DNA of 23,524 bases from assembly GCA_046485285.1 (NCBI GenBank), contig JAWOHE010000093.1:1-23524 (forward strand). Direction: 5' to 3'. The position numbers were made by a program, and so were the translations under genes. The DNA comes from a bacterium (GTDB lineage Bacteria; Hydrothermota; Tepidihabitantia; Tepidihabitantales; Tepidihabitantaceae). Position 1 is the stretch's first letter. Every line of letters starts with the position of its first letter. Of this stretch, positions 1-10,270 are shown piece by piece. The notes under the pieces were generated by a model. It was not told the origin of the DNA and searched no databases. It worked only from the letters and a program-made list of their open reading frames with translations.

Positions 1-226
1 CACCTTTCTGGCGCTTCTGTTTGGCCACACAAGCATAACCAGAATGGCCGTGAACTCGATGCCTCATCTCGTCTCCACCCGGAGCCGTATCGCTCGCACC
101 TCTCCTCTCAGCATTGCCCAGTCCTTCGGCGGAATGCCCGCCGACCTCGCGGCCGTCCGCAGGGGGTCACCATGTGCCCGGGCTAGAACTCGGGACGAGT
201 CGCCGGGCCCGGGCGCTCGGAGTTCC

Positions 227-254
227 TTGACCATTCCGCTGCCCCTGCTAGACT
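227..254 (+). promoter_or_regulatory. sigma70-type promoter TTGACC-N16-TAGACT upstream of the htrA-purB operon
   Basis: Hexamers read directly at 227-232 and 249-254; ATG follows 10 nt later with no clear Shine-Dalgarno. Confidence 0.65.
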
Positions 255-264
255 GAGAAACCAG

Positions 265-1350
265 ATGTCACCAACCATCAAGCTCATACTCTCGTGCGCC
301 GTCGCGCTCGCCTGCGCCCAGCCTGCCGGGCCGGACGCGGTCACGGCCAGCCGGCGCAACGCCATCACCGAGGCGGCCCGCAAGGTCAGCCCGGCGGTGG
401 TCTCGGTCGTCGTGACCCAGGTTCGCATCGTCAACTACGACCCGTTCGGCGGGTTCGGCATCGACGAGTTCTTCCGCGACTTCTTCCCGCGCCGGCAGTT
501 CCGCGAGGAGGTCAAGTCGATGGGTTCGGGCTTCATCATCTCGCCGAACGGCGAGGTCATCACCAACGCCCACGTCGTCCGCAACGCGACCGCGATCAAG
601 GTCACCCTGACCGACAACCGCGAGTTCGACGCCGAGCTGCTCGGCCTCGACAATGGCCTTGACCTCGCCCTGCTCCGCGTCAACGGCTCGCGGCTTCCCC
701 ACGTCCGGCTCGGTACGTCGAAGGACATCCTCATCGGCGAGTGGGCGATCGCCTTCGGCAACCCGTTCGGGTTCCTGCTCCGCGACGCCCAGCCGACCGT
801 GACGGTCGGGGTCATCAGCGCCCTCGACCGTGACGTCAAGACCGGCCAGGGCCAGGTGATGGCCGATATGATCCAGACCGACGCCGCGATCAACCCGGGC
901 AACTCGGGCGGCCCGCTGGCGAACGCCGACGGCGAGGTCATCGGCGTCAATACCTTCATCTTCTCGCACTCGGGTGGCTCCGAGGGTATCGGCTTCGCCC
1001 GCCCGATCGAAGATGTCAAGGAGTTCATCGCCGAGGTCAAGGGCGCGGGCGGCCAGCGGCTGACGACCTACCGGACCGCGCTCGGGGTCGAGGTCGCCGA
1101 CATCAACGCAGTCCTGCGCGGTCGGTTCAACCTCACGCTCAGCCGCGGCGTCGTCGTCGTCGAGGTCACCGCCGGCAGCGTCGGCGCCAACCTCGGCATC
1201 CAGCCCGGCGATGTAGTCCTGATGGCACAGGGCAAGGCGGTCGGCAGCGCGGCCGGCTTCGCCCGCGAATTCGAGCGGCTGGGCCCGGTCGTCAACATCG
1301 TCGTCGACCGCGGCGGCGAGCCCACCCGGCTCTACTCCCGGCTCCAATGA
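265..1350 (+). CDS. htrA: HtrA/DegP-family trypsin-like serine protease with one PDZ domain, probable lipoprotein
   Basis: Catalytic motifs TNAHVV, DLALL and IQTDAAINPGNSGGPL; GSGFII; C-terminal PDZ-like GIQPGDVVL; N-terminal hydrophobic stretch ending ALAC (lipobox-like). Confidence 0.93.
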   Translation: MSPTIKLILSCAVALACAQPAGPDAVTASRRNAITEAARKVSPAVVSVVVTQVRIVNYDPFGGFGIDEFFRDFFPRRQFREEVKSMGSGFIISPNGEVITNAHVVRNATAIKVTLTDNREFDAELLGLDNGLDLALLRVNGSRLPHVRLGTSKDILIGEWAIAFGNPFGFLLRDAQPTVTVGVISALDRDVKTGQGQVMADMIQTDAAINPGNSGGPLANADGEVIGVNTFIFSHSGGSEGIGFARPIEDVKEFIAEVKGAGGQRLTTYRTALGVEVADINAVLRGRFNLTLSRGVVVVEVTAGSVGANLGIQPGDVVLMAQGKAVGSAAGFAREFERLGPVVNIVVDRGGEPTRLYSRLQ

Positions 1351-2675
1351 TAACACGCTACACCCTGCCCGAGATGGCCGGCCTCTGGAGCGAAGAGGCC
1401 AAGTTCCTCTCTTGGCTGCTGGTCGAGAAGGCGGTCGCCCGGGCCGAGGCCGCGATGGGCCTGATCCCGAAGTCGGCGGCGCGCGCCATCGGCAGGGCGA
1501 CCTTCAGCATCAGCGAGATCGAGCGCTTCGAGAAGGAAACCAACCACGACGTCATCGCCTTCACCCGGAGCGTCGCGAAGAGCGTCGGCCCGGCCGGCAA
1601 GTACGTCCACTACGGCCTGACCAGCTACGACGTCGTCGACACCGCGCTGTCGCTGCGCTGCATCTCGGCGCTCGAGATCATCGAGGGCGCGCTCGGCCGC
1701 CTGCGCCTCCAGTGCGCCCGGCTCGCGCTCGAGCACAAGCACACCCCGATGATCGGCCGCACCCACGGCGTCCACGCCGAGCCGATCACCTTCGGGCTCA
1801 AGGCGCTGTCGTGGTTCGAGGAGTCCTGCCGGAACATCGACCGGCTGCGCTCGGCAATCGCCGAGATGCACCACGGCAAGATCTCCGGCGTCGTCGGCAG
1901 TTACACCCAGGTCGGGCCGGGGCTCGAGGCCCGGGTCCTGCGCGCGCTCGGGCTCAAGCCCGAGCCGGTCTCGACCCAGGTCATCCCGCGCGACCGGCAC
2001 GCCTACATGCTCGCCGTGCTCGGGCTCATCGCCGCCGGGCTCGAGCGCATCGCGGTCGAGGTCCGCAACCTCCAGCGCACCGAGATCGGCGAACTCGCCG
2101 AGCCGTTCGGCTCACGCCAGCGCGGCTCATCGGCGATGCCGCACAAGAAGAACCCGATCATCTGTGAGCGCGTCACCAGCCTGAGCCGGGTCGTCCGGGG
2201 CTGGGTCGCGACCGGCTATGAGAACGTCCCGCTCTGGCACGAGCGCGACCTCTCGAACTCGGCCAACGAGCGCATCGTCATCCCGGGCGCGACCGTCATC
2301 GTCCACTACATCACCTGCAAGCTGACCGACGTCCTCGCCGGGCTGGTCGTCAACACCGACCGGATGGCCGCCAACCTCGAGCTCACCGGCGGGACGTACT
2401 TCTCCCAGGGCCTGCTCCTCGCGCTGGTCAAGGCCGGGATGAGCCGCGACGACGGCTACCGGCTCGCCCAGCGGCTGAGCTTCGAGTCCCGCGAGTCCGG
2501 CCGCCCGCTGGCCGAGCTCGCCCGGGCAGATGTCGAGGTCGCCGCCCGGCTCGACCGCCGTGAGCTCGGCCGGGTGTTCGACCTCCGGCGCCTGCTCCGG
2601 CACGTCGACGCCATCTACCGCCGCGCCGGCCTGTGCCTGCATCGCCCGGGGAAGGCCGACCGCAGGCGCCGATGA
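1347..2675 (+). CDS. purB: adenylosuccinate lyase
   Basis: MITRYT start, HDVIAF, HYGLTSYD, GRTHGVHAEP and the fumarase/ASL signature GSSAMPHKKNP; ATGA overlap with the upstream gene. Confidence 0.97.
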   Translation: MITRYTLPEMAGLWSEEAKFLSWLLVEKAVARAEAAMGLIPKSAARAIGRATFSISEIERFEKETNHDVIAFTRSVAKSVGPAGKYVHYGLTSYDVVDTALSLRCISALEIIEGALGRLRLQCARLALEHKHTPMIGRTHGVHAEPITFGLKALSWFEESCRNIDRLRSAIAEMHHGKISGVVGSYTQVGPGLEARVLRALGLKPEPVSTQVIPRDRHAYMLAVLGLIAAGLERIAVEVRNLQRTEIGELAEPFGSRQRGSSAMPHKKNPIICERVTSLSRVVRGWVATGYENVPLWHERDLSNSANERIVIPGATVIVHYITCKLTDVLAGLVVNTDRMAANLELTGGTYFSQGLLLALVKAGMSRDDGYRLAQRLSFESRESGRPLAELARADVEVAARLDRRELGRVFDLRRLLRHVDAIYRRAGLCLHRPGKADRRRR

Positions 2676-3871
2676 TCGACCTCGCCCTCACCGACGAGCA
2701 GCAACTGACCGCGAAGCTCGCCCGCGATTTCGCGGCGCGCGAGGTCGCGCCGACGATCCAGGAGCGCGACGCCGCCGGCGAGTTCGACCCGGCCGTCGTC
2801 CGGAAGATGGCAGATGTCGGCCTGCTCGGGCTGTCGGTCCCGGCGCGCTGGGGCGGCTCGGGCGGCGATTACGTCGCGCTCGGCCTCGCCTGCGAGGAAC
2901 TCGAGTACGTCGACACCTCGCTGCGAGTTATCCTCTCGGTCCACGTCGGGCTCAACTCGCTGACCCTGCTCGCCTGGGGAACCGCCGAGCAGAAGCGGCG
3001 CTGGCTCGTGCCCCAGGCAGGCGGCGACAAGCTCGCCACTTTCGCCATCACCGAGCCGGCCGCGGGCAGTGACGTCGTCGGCATCCAGGCCCGGGCCCGG
3101 AAGGACGGCGACGGCTGGCTCCTCTACGGCGAGAAGATGTGGATATCGCTCGCCGACGTCGCCGACCAGTTCGCGGTCATTGCCTGGACCGACCCGGAGA
3201 AGATGAAGGCCCGCGACCATTCCGGGCTTTCCTGTTTCCTGCTCGAGCGCGGGATTCCCGGCCTCACCACCGCGACGATTCACGGCAAGCTCGGGGTCCG
3301 GGCCGGCAACACCGGCTCGATCGCGCTGGACGGGGTCCGGGTGCCGGCCGCGAACCTGCTCGGCCGGGAGGGCGACGGCTTCAAGGTAGCGATGTTCGCG
3401 CTCGACCAGGGCCGCTACACCGTCGCCGCCGGCGCGGCCGGCCTCATCCGGGCCTGCCGCGACGCATCGGTCGAGTACGCCCGGACCCGTCAGACCTTCG
3501 GCCGGCCGATCGCCGAACACCAGCTCGTCAAGGCGATGATCGCCGGGATGGCGGTTGACTACGACGCCGCCCGCCTGCTCTGGCTCAGGGCCGGATGGCT
3601 CAAGAACCAGGGCCGGCCGAGCACCCGCGAGACGTCGGCCGCCAAGCTCTTTGCCTGCGCCGCGGCCGAGCGGGCCGCGTCCGACGCGGTCCAGGTCCAC
3701 GGCGCCTACGGCTTCTCGAGCGAGTACGTTGTCGAGCGGTTCTACCGCAATGCCCGGGGCGCGCAAATCTACGAAGGCTCGCGCGAGATTCACCAGTTGC
3801 TCCAGGCCGACTACGCGCTGGGACTGCGGGGCGACAAGACAGGGCGGGTCTCGCTGCCCCGCCCGGAGTAG
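2672..3871 (+). CDS. acyl-CoA dehydrogenase (short-chain / glutaryl-CoA dehydrogenase-like; substrate unknown), 399 aa
   Basis: FAITEPAAGSD, GEKMWIS, KLGVRA, RQTFGRPI, QVHGAYG and QIYEGS (catalytic Glu position). Start placed at ATG 2672, which overlaps the purB stop (ATGA). Confidence 0.93.
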   Translation: MIDLALTDEQQLTAKLARDFAAREVAPTIQERDAAGEFDPAVVRKMADVGLLGLSVPARWGGSGGDYVALGLACEELEYVDTSLRVILSVHVGLNSLTLLAWGTAEQKRRWLVPQAGGDKLATFAITEPAAGSDVVGIQARARKDGDGWLLYGEKMWISLADVADQFAVIAWTDPEKMKARDHSGLSCFLLERGIPGLTTATIHGKLGVRAGNTGSIALDGVRVPAANLLGREGDGFKVAMFALDQGRYTVAAGAAGLIRACRDASVEYARTRQTFGRPIAEHQLVKAMIAGMAVDYDAARLLWLRAGWLKNQGRPSTRETSAAKLFACAAAERAASDAVQVHGAYGFSSEYVVERFYRNARGAQIYEGSREIHQLLQADYALGLRGDKTGRVSLPRPE

Positions 3872-3880
3872 GAGACAACA

Positions 3881-4066
3881 ATGCCGGTCGTGTTCCTGAA
3901 ATCAGGCGGCACCGCCACCTGCGTCGGCTACACCGTCAAGGACGGCGTCGCCAAGCTGATCGAGGTCGAGTTCCGCGACTCCGGCGTGCCCGCGGACAAG
4001 GCCAAGCAGCCCGAGGCGGTCATCGCGCTCGACAACATCCTCTACATCATCCCCGGCCGGCTCTGA
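3881..4066 (+). CDS. 61-aa hypothetical protein, possible Sm/LSm-like fold
   Basis: AGGAG Shine-Dalgarno before ATG; GC3-rich codon usage like its neighbours; fills the gap between two operon genes; C-terminal VIALDNILYIIP resembles the Sm2 motif. Confidence 0.8.
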   Translation: MPVVFLKSGGTATCVGYTVKDGVAKLIEVEFRDSGVPADKAKQPEAVIALDNILYIIPGRL

Positions 4067-4072
4067 CCGCGC

Positions 4073-5197
4073 GTGGTCGAAGCCGGTATTCGCCGCACCC
4101 CGCCTGAGCGGGTGCTGGTCCGTCACTCCGAGGACCTCCCCGGCGCGGTCCGCGACTGCCTCGATTTCCTAGACCGCGACTTCTCCGGCCGGCGCGTCTG
4201 GGTCAAGCCCAACCTCATCAGCCCACACCGACCCGATCGCAGCGTCACCACCGACCCCGAGCTCGTCCGCGCGGTCGTCCGCGAGCTCCGGCGACGAGGC
4301 GCGGCCGAAATCACCGTCGCCGACAACCCGGGCGGCTGGCTCCGGGTCAACATCGAGAGCTACCTCGCGCCGACCGGCATCGTCGAAGCCAGCGAGGGCT
4401 GCTTCCGCAGCATCGCCGAAGCCACGGTTACCCTGCCGCTCCGCTCGCGCTTCCTCGACGAACTACGCTTCTCTCGCATCGTCACCGAGGTCGACCTCAT
4501 CCTCGTCCTGCCGGTGTTCAAGACCCACGCCTTCACCGTCCTGAGCGGCGGCATCAAGAACCTCTTTGGCGCGATACCCGGCGGCATCAAGGGTCGACTC
4601 CATACCCTCGTCCGGGACGACCTCGAGTTCGCCGAGCTCGTCGTCGACATCTTCCAGGCCATCCCGGCGCCGATGCTCTTCCTGATGGACGCCCAGCGCG
4701 GGATGGACGGACCCGGCCCGACGGCAGGCCGGGCCCGCCGCATCGGGCGCCTGCTCGCCGCCCGCAACGGCGTCGCGCTCGATACCGTGATGGCGCTGAT
4801 GTGCGGCGCGCGGCCGGACTCGATCCCGATGCTCCGCATCGCCGGCGAGCGCGGCCTCGGCCCGACCCGGCGCGAGGACATCGCCATCGAGGGCGATTTC
4901 TACGTCGTCCCCGGCTTCCGTCTGCCCGGCCGGGCGTTGACCGGCCCGGTTACCGCGCTCGTCGCCCGGGTCTACCCCATTGCCCGTGCCCGTCCCCTGC
5001 TCCGTCAGGACCGCTGCACCCGCTGCCGGCGCTGTGCCGACAACTGCCCGGTCGAGGCGTTGGCCCTCGTTCCCTGGCCCCTGGTTGACCGGGACAAGTG
5101 CATCTCCTGCTACTGCTGTACCGAGGTCTGCCCGCAGCAGGCCCTGACCGTGCCCGGCCCGTGGCGCGGCCTGGTCCAGAACCTCATCGGGCGATGA
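4073..5197 (+). CDS. DUF362 domain protein with C-terminal 2x[4Fe-4S] ferredoxin domain (copy 1)
   Basis: VWVKPNL, TTDPE, PVFKTH, GIKNLFG, MDAQRGMDGPGP; CTRCRRCADNCP and CISCYCCTEVCP. Confidence 0.9.
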   Translation: MVEAGIRRTPPERVLVRHSEDLPGAVRDCLDFLDRDFSGRRVWVKPNLISPHRPDRSVTTDPELVRAVVRELRRRGAAEITVADNPGGWLRVNIESYLAPTGIVEASEGCFRSIAEATVTLPLRSRFLDELRFSRIVTEVDLILVLPVFKTHAFTVLSGGIKNLFGAIPGGIKGRLHTLVRDDLEFAELVVDIFQAIPAPMLFLMDAQRGMDGPGPTAGRARRIGRLLAARNGVALDTVMALMCGARPDSIPMLRIAGERGLGPTRREDIAIEGDFYVVPGFRLPGRALTGPVTALVARVYPIARARPLLRQDRCTRCRRCADNCPVEALALVPWPLVDRDKCISCYCCTEVCPQQALTVPGPWRGLVQNLIGR

Positions 5198-6300
5198 CGA
5201 CCACGCACCGGGTCCTCGTCCGCAGGGTCACCGACCTTGACGCCACGGTCGCCGAGTCGCTCGACTTCCTCGGACAGAACTTCCGCGGCCTCCGGGTCTG
5301 GGTCAAGCCCAACCTGCTCGGCAGTCACCCTCCCGAGGACGGAGTCACGACCGACCCGGGCGTCATCGCCGCCTGCGTCCGCGAGCTCAAGGCCCGGGGC
5401 GCGAAGGCGGTCTTCGTCGGCGACAACCCGGGCGGCGGACTGACCGGTCCACTGTCCGAGTTTGTCGCCGCGACCGGCGCGGTCGAAGCCTCGGCGGGCT
5501 GTTTCACCGACGTCAGCCTCCGCACCACGACGCTCAGACTGAACTCGAGGTTCGTACCGCAGGTCGCGGTCTCGGCCCTGCTCAACGAGGTCGACCTCAT
5601 CCTCAACCTGCCGGTACTCAAGACCCATGCCCTCACCATCCTCACCGGCGCGGTCAAGAACCTGTTCGGCGTCATCCCCGGCCGGCAGAAGACCCTGCTC
5701 CACGCCCGGGCCCGCAGTGCCGCCGAATTCGCCGAGTTGATGGTCGACGTCTTCCAGGCCCTGCCGGTCCCGGTGCTGACCGTGATGGACGCCCTGCGCG
5801 GGATGGACGGCCCGTCCGGGCCGTCCAACGGCCGGGTGCTGACCATCGGCAGGCTCATCGCCGGGCGCAACCCGGTCGCGGTCGACGCGGTGATGGCGAT
5901 GATGGCCGGGACAAGACCCGACCGGGTCCCGATGCTCCGCATCGCCGCGGCCCGCGGCCTCGGCCCGGGCCGGCTCGCGGAGATCGACATCCGGGGTGAC
6001 TCCGAGCCAGTGCCCGGATTCCGGCTCCCGACGATGCTGGTCGCCAACCTCGGCACGTTCCTGTCCGGCGCGGCCTACACCGCCACCGCCTCGCGCCCGA
6101 TACTCGCGCCCGACCGCTGCACCCGTTGCGGCCGGTGCGCGGACGGCTGCCCGGTCGAGGCGATTACGCTCGCGCCGAAACCGGTCATCGCCTTCCGACG
6201 CTGTATCGCCTGCTATTGCTGTGTCGAGATCTGCCCGGAGCGCGCGCTCTCGGTCCGCCGCGGCCTCCGCGGCCTTCTCCGCCGCCTCGCAGGCCGCTGA
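5194..6300 (+). CDS. DUF362 domain protein with C-terminal 2x[4Fe-4S] ferredoxin domain (copy 2), 368 aa
   Basis: Same motif set (VWVKPNL, PVLKTH, AVKNLFG, GMDGPSGP, CTRCGRCADGCP, CIACYCCVEICP). Start re-assigned to ATG 5194 (ATGA overlap), which matches the length of copy 1. Confidence 0.9.
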   Translation: MTTTHRVLVRRVTDLDATVAESLDFLGQNFRGLRVWVKPNLLGSHPPEDGVTTDPGVIAACVRELKARGAKAVFVGDNPGGGLTGPLSEFVAATGAVEASAGCFTDVSLRTTTLRLNSRFVPQVAVSALLNEVDLILNLPVLKTHALTILTGAVKNLFGVIPGRQKTLLHARARSAAEFAELMVDVFQALPVPVLTVMDALRGMDGPSGPSNGRVLTIGRLIAGRNPVAVDAVMAMMAGTRPDRVPMLRIAAARGLGPGRLAEIDIRGDSEPVPGFRLPTMLVANLGTFLSGAAYTATASRPILAPDRCTRCGRCADGCPVEAITLAPKPVIAFRRCIACYCCVEICPERALSVRRGLRGLLRRLAGR

Positions 6301-6303
6301 CGG

Positions 6304-7005
6304 CTAGGACTTCGCCCGCTGCCGTAACACCGGGAAGCGGCCGCCGACCTCAAACCCGGCGCTAGGCGCCATCTCCCGCACCTCACGGTCCCCGGTCCGG
6401 AGGAAACCGCCCAGCGGCAGGTTGCCCGCCGCGCGGACAAAGAAGTGTTCCAGCTCGAAGGCCACGCCGACCCCGGGTGTGATTGACAGACCGACCGCCT
6501 GCCCCGGCCGCAGGAAGGTCGCGCTCAGCGCGAGGGGAACGAACACCCCGAAGCCAGCATCGGTGTAGACCCCGGCGGAGGCCTGCAGCATCGGCCGCAG
6601 GCCGTAGTACTCGACCGGGCCGCTCTCCTCCGGGTCGGCCAGTATCAGGTCGCAACCGGCCCCGGCCGCGAGCCGGAGCGGCCCGTCGGCGATGAGCTGC
6701 CGCCTGCCGCGGAGTTCCAGCGCATTCAACCACAGGATCGCCGAGTCGCTCGCACGCCAGTGCGTCCCGGCCAGGGCCCAGCCGGCGCGTGCCTCCCAGC
6801 CGTCGCGGACTCCGAACGCGGCCGCGGCGCCATAGACCGCCCGCTCGGTCGGCAGCCAGCCGAACTGCATCAGCCTCAGTCCGATGTCCGCCTGCCCGGC
6901 CTTCAGCGTCCGGGCGTTGAAGAACGCATCCGGCTCCTGGGTCACGATGACATCGCTGAAACAGCCGGCCAGCACCAGCAGGACGGCAACTCCGATTCGC
7001 TTCAT
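6304..7005 (-). CDS. hypothetical lipoprotein, possibly outer-membrane beta-barrel-like, 233 aa
   Basis: GGGAG SD before ATG 7005; MKRIGVAVLLVLAGC lipoprotein signal; alternating hydrophobic/Gly beta-strand pattern; GFEVGGRF near the C-terminus. Confidence 0.75.
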   Translation of the reverse strand: MKRIGVAVLLVLAGCFSDVIVTQEPDAFFNARTLKAGQADIGLRLMQFGWLPTERAVYGAAAAFGVRDGWEARAGWALAGTHWRASDSAILWLNALELRGRRQLIADGPLRLAAGAGCDLILADPEESGPVEYYGLRPMLQASAGVYTDAGFGVFVPLALSATFLRPGQAVGLSITPGVGVAFELEHFFVRAAGNLPLGGFLRTGDREVREMAPSAGFEVGGRFPVLRQRAKS

Positions 7006-7037
7006 CGTCAGTCTCCCTTCGTGCTTCTCCACGACTC

Positions 7038-9095
<2,058 letters not shown>

Positions 9096-9100
9096 TCCCC

Positions 9101-9128
9101 ATTCTAGGTTCGGGCCGGGTGCGGTCAA
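9101..9128 (-). promoter_or_regulatory. uvrB promoter TTGACC-N16-TAGAAT, 5 nt before GTG (leaderless)
   Basis: Reverse strand reads TTGACC gcacccggcccgaacc TAGAAT gggga GTG. Confidence 0.75.
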
Positions 9129-9138
9129 ACCCGGACGG

Positions 9139-9166
9139 TTGACTTCCCGGGCCGCAGGGCTATCAT
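9139..9166 (+). promoter_or_regulatory. promoter TTGACT-N16-TATCAT for the degT/transporter operon
   Basis: Hexamers at 9139-9144 and 9161-9166; TTG start 9 nt later; back-to-back with the uvrB promoter. Confidence 0.7.
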
Positions 9167-9175
9167 CCTGCCGAC

Positions 9176-10270
9176 TTGACCGCAATCCTGCCATTGTACG
9201 ATGTCGCCCGGCTGGCCCGGAGCCGGGCCGATGACTATTGTGCCGACTTCCGGCGGGTGCTGGCCTCCGGCCGCTTCGTGTTCGGCCCGGAACTGGCCGG
9301 GTTCGAGACCGAGCTCGCGCGGCTCGTCGGCACGGATCGGGCATTCGGGGTCAAGAGCGGCACCGACGCCATCATCCTCGGGCTCGAGGCACTCGGCATC
9401 GGGCCCGGTGACGAGGTCATCACGACTCCGTTCACCTACTTCGCCACCGTCGAGGCGATTGTCCGGGCCGGCGCGACGCCGGTACTTGCCGACATCGACC
9501 CGGCGACGCTCTGCCTCGACCCGGATGCCTGCGCGGCCGCGGTCACGCCGCGGACCCGGGCGGTCCTCCTCGTCCACCTCTTCGGCCACTGCGCCGACCT
9601 CGACCGGTTCGCCGAACTCTGCCGGGCCCGCAGCCTGCTGCTGGTCGAGGACGCCGCCCAGGCGCTCGGCGCGACCTGGCGCGGCCGACCGCTGGGATCA
9701 TTCGGCGCGGCCGCGACCTTCAGCTTCTACCCGACCAAGAACCTCGCCGCGCTCGGCGACGCCGGCGCGGTCGTCACCTCCGACCCGGTTGCAGCGTCCC
9801 GGCTCGAACAGCTTCGCCGGCACGGCCGTGACGACGAAGGCCGCCACGTCCGCTGGGGCTGGAACTCGCGGCTCGACGAAATCCAGGCCGCGCTCCTGCG
9901 CCGGTCACTGCCGGCGCTGGCCGCAGACACCGCCCGGCGCCGCGAGCTCGCCCGCCGCTACGACGAGGCACTGACCGGGCTGGCGACAGTCGTCCGGCCG
10001 GCCGATGGCTGCGACTCCTGCCGTCATCAATATGCCATTCTCACCCCGGCGCGCGACCGCCTGCGTACCTTCCTCGCGGACAACGGCGTCGAAACCGGCT
10101 GCTACTACCCGACGCCGGTCCACCACGAGCCGGTCCTCGCCGGCCTGGGACTCTCCTTCTCGAACGCCGAACGCGCCGGCCGCGAGGTTCTCAACCTGCC
10201 GGTCCGCGCCAGCCTCTCCGATGCCGAACAGGACCGGGTAATCGGGCTTCTCCGCGAGTTCCTGCGATGA
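9176..10270 (+). CDS. DegT/DnrJ/EryC1/StrS-family PLP-dependent sugar aminotransferase
   Basis: [41 protein letters not shown] (PLP Lys), [14 protein letters not shown]. Confidence 0.95.
   Translation: MTAILPLYDVARLARSRADDYCADFRRVLASGRFVFGPELAGFETELARLVGTDRAFGVKSGTDAIILGLEALGIGPGDEVITTPFTYFATVEAIVRAGATPVLADIDPATLCLDPDACAAAVTPRTRAVLLVHLFGHCADLDRFAELCRARSLLLVEDAAQALGATWRGRPLGSFGAAATFSFYPTKNLAALGDAGAVVTSDPVAASRLEQLRRHGRDDEGRHVRWGWNSRLDEIQAALLRRSLPALAADTARRRELARRYDEALTGLATVVRPADGCDSCRHQYAILTPARDRLRTFLADNGVETGCYYPTPVHHEPVLAGLGLSFSNAERAGREVLNLPVRASLSDAEQDRVIGLLREFLR

Noticed and set aside
1-226. Short ORFs 44-256 (+) and 183-434 (-)
   Set aside because: No motifs or typical codon bias; more likely intergenic DNA upstream of htrA and of a gene outside the window.
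9096-9344. N-terminal extension of the uvrB ORF (also extensions at 2633, 5098, 7032 and 12441)
   Set aside because: These extensions overlap neighbouring genes or promoters and are low-complexity; better starts exist at overlaps, SD sites or promoters.
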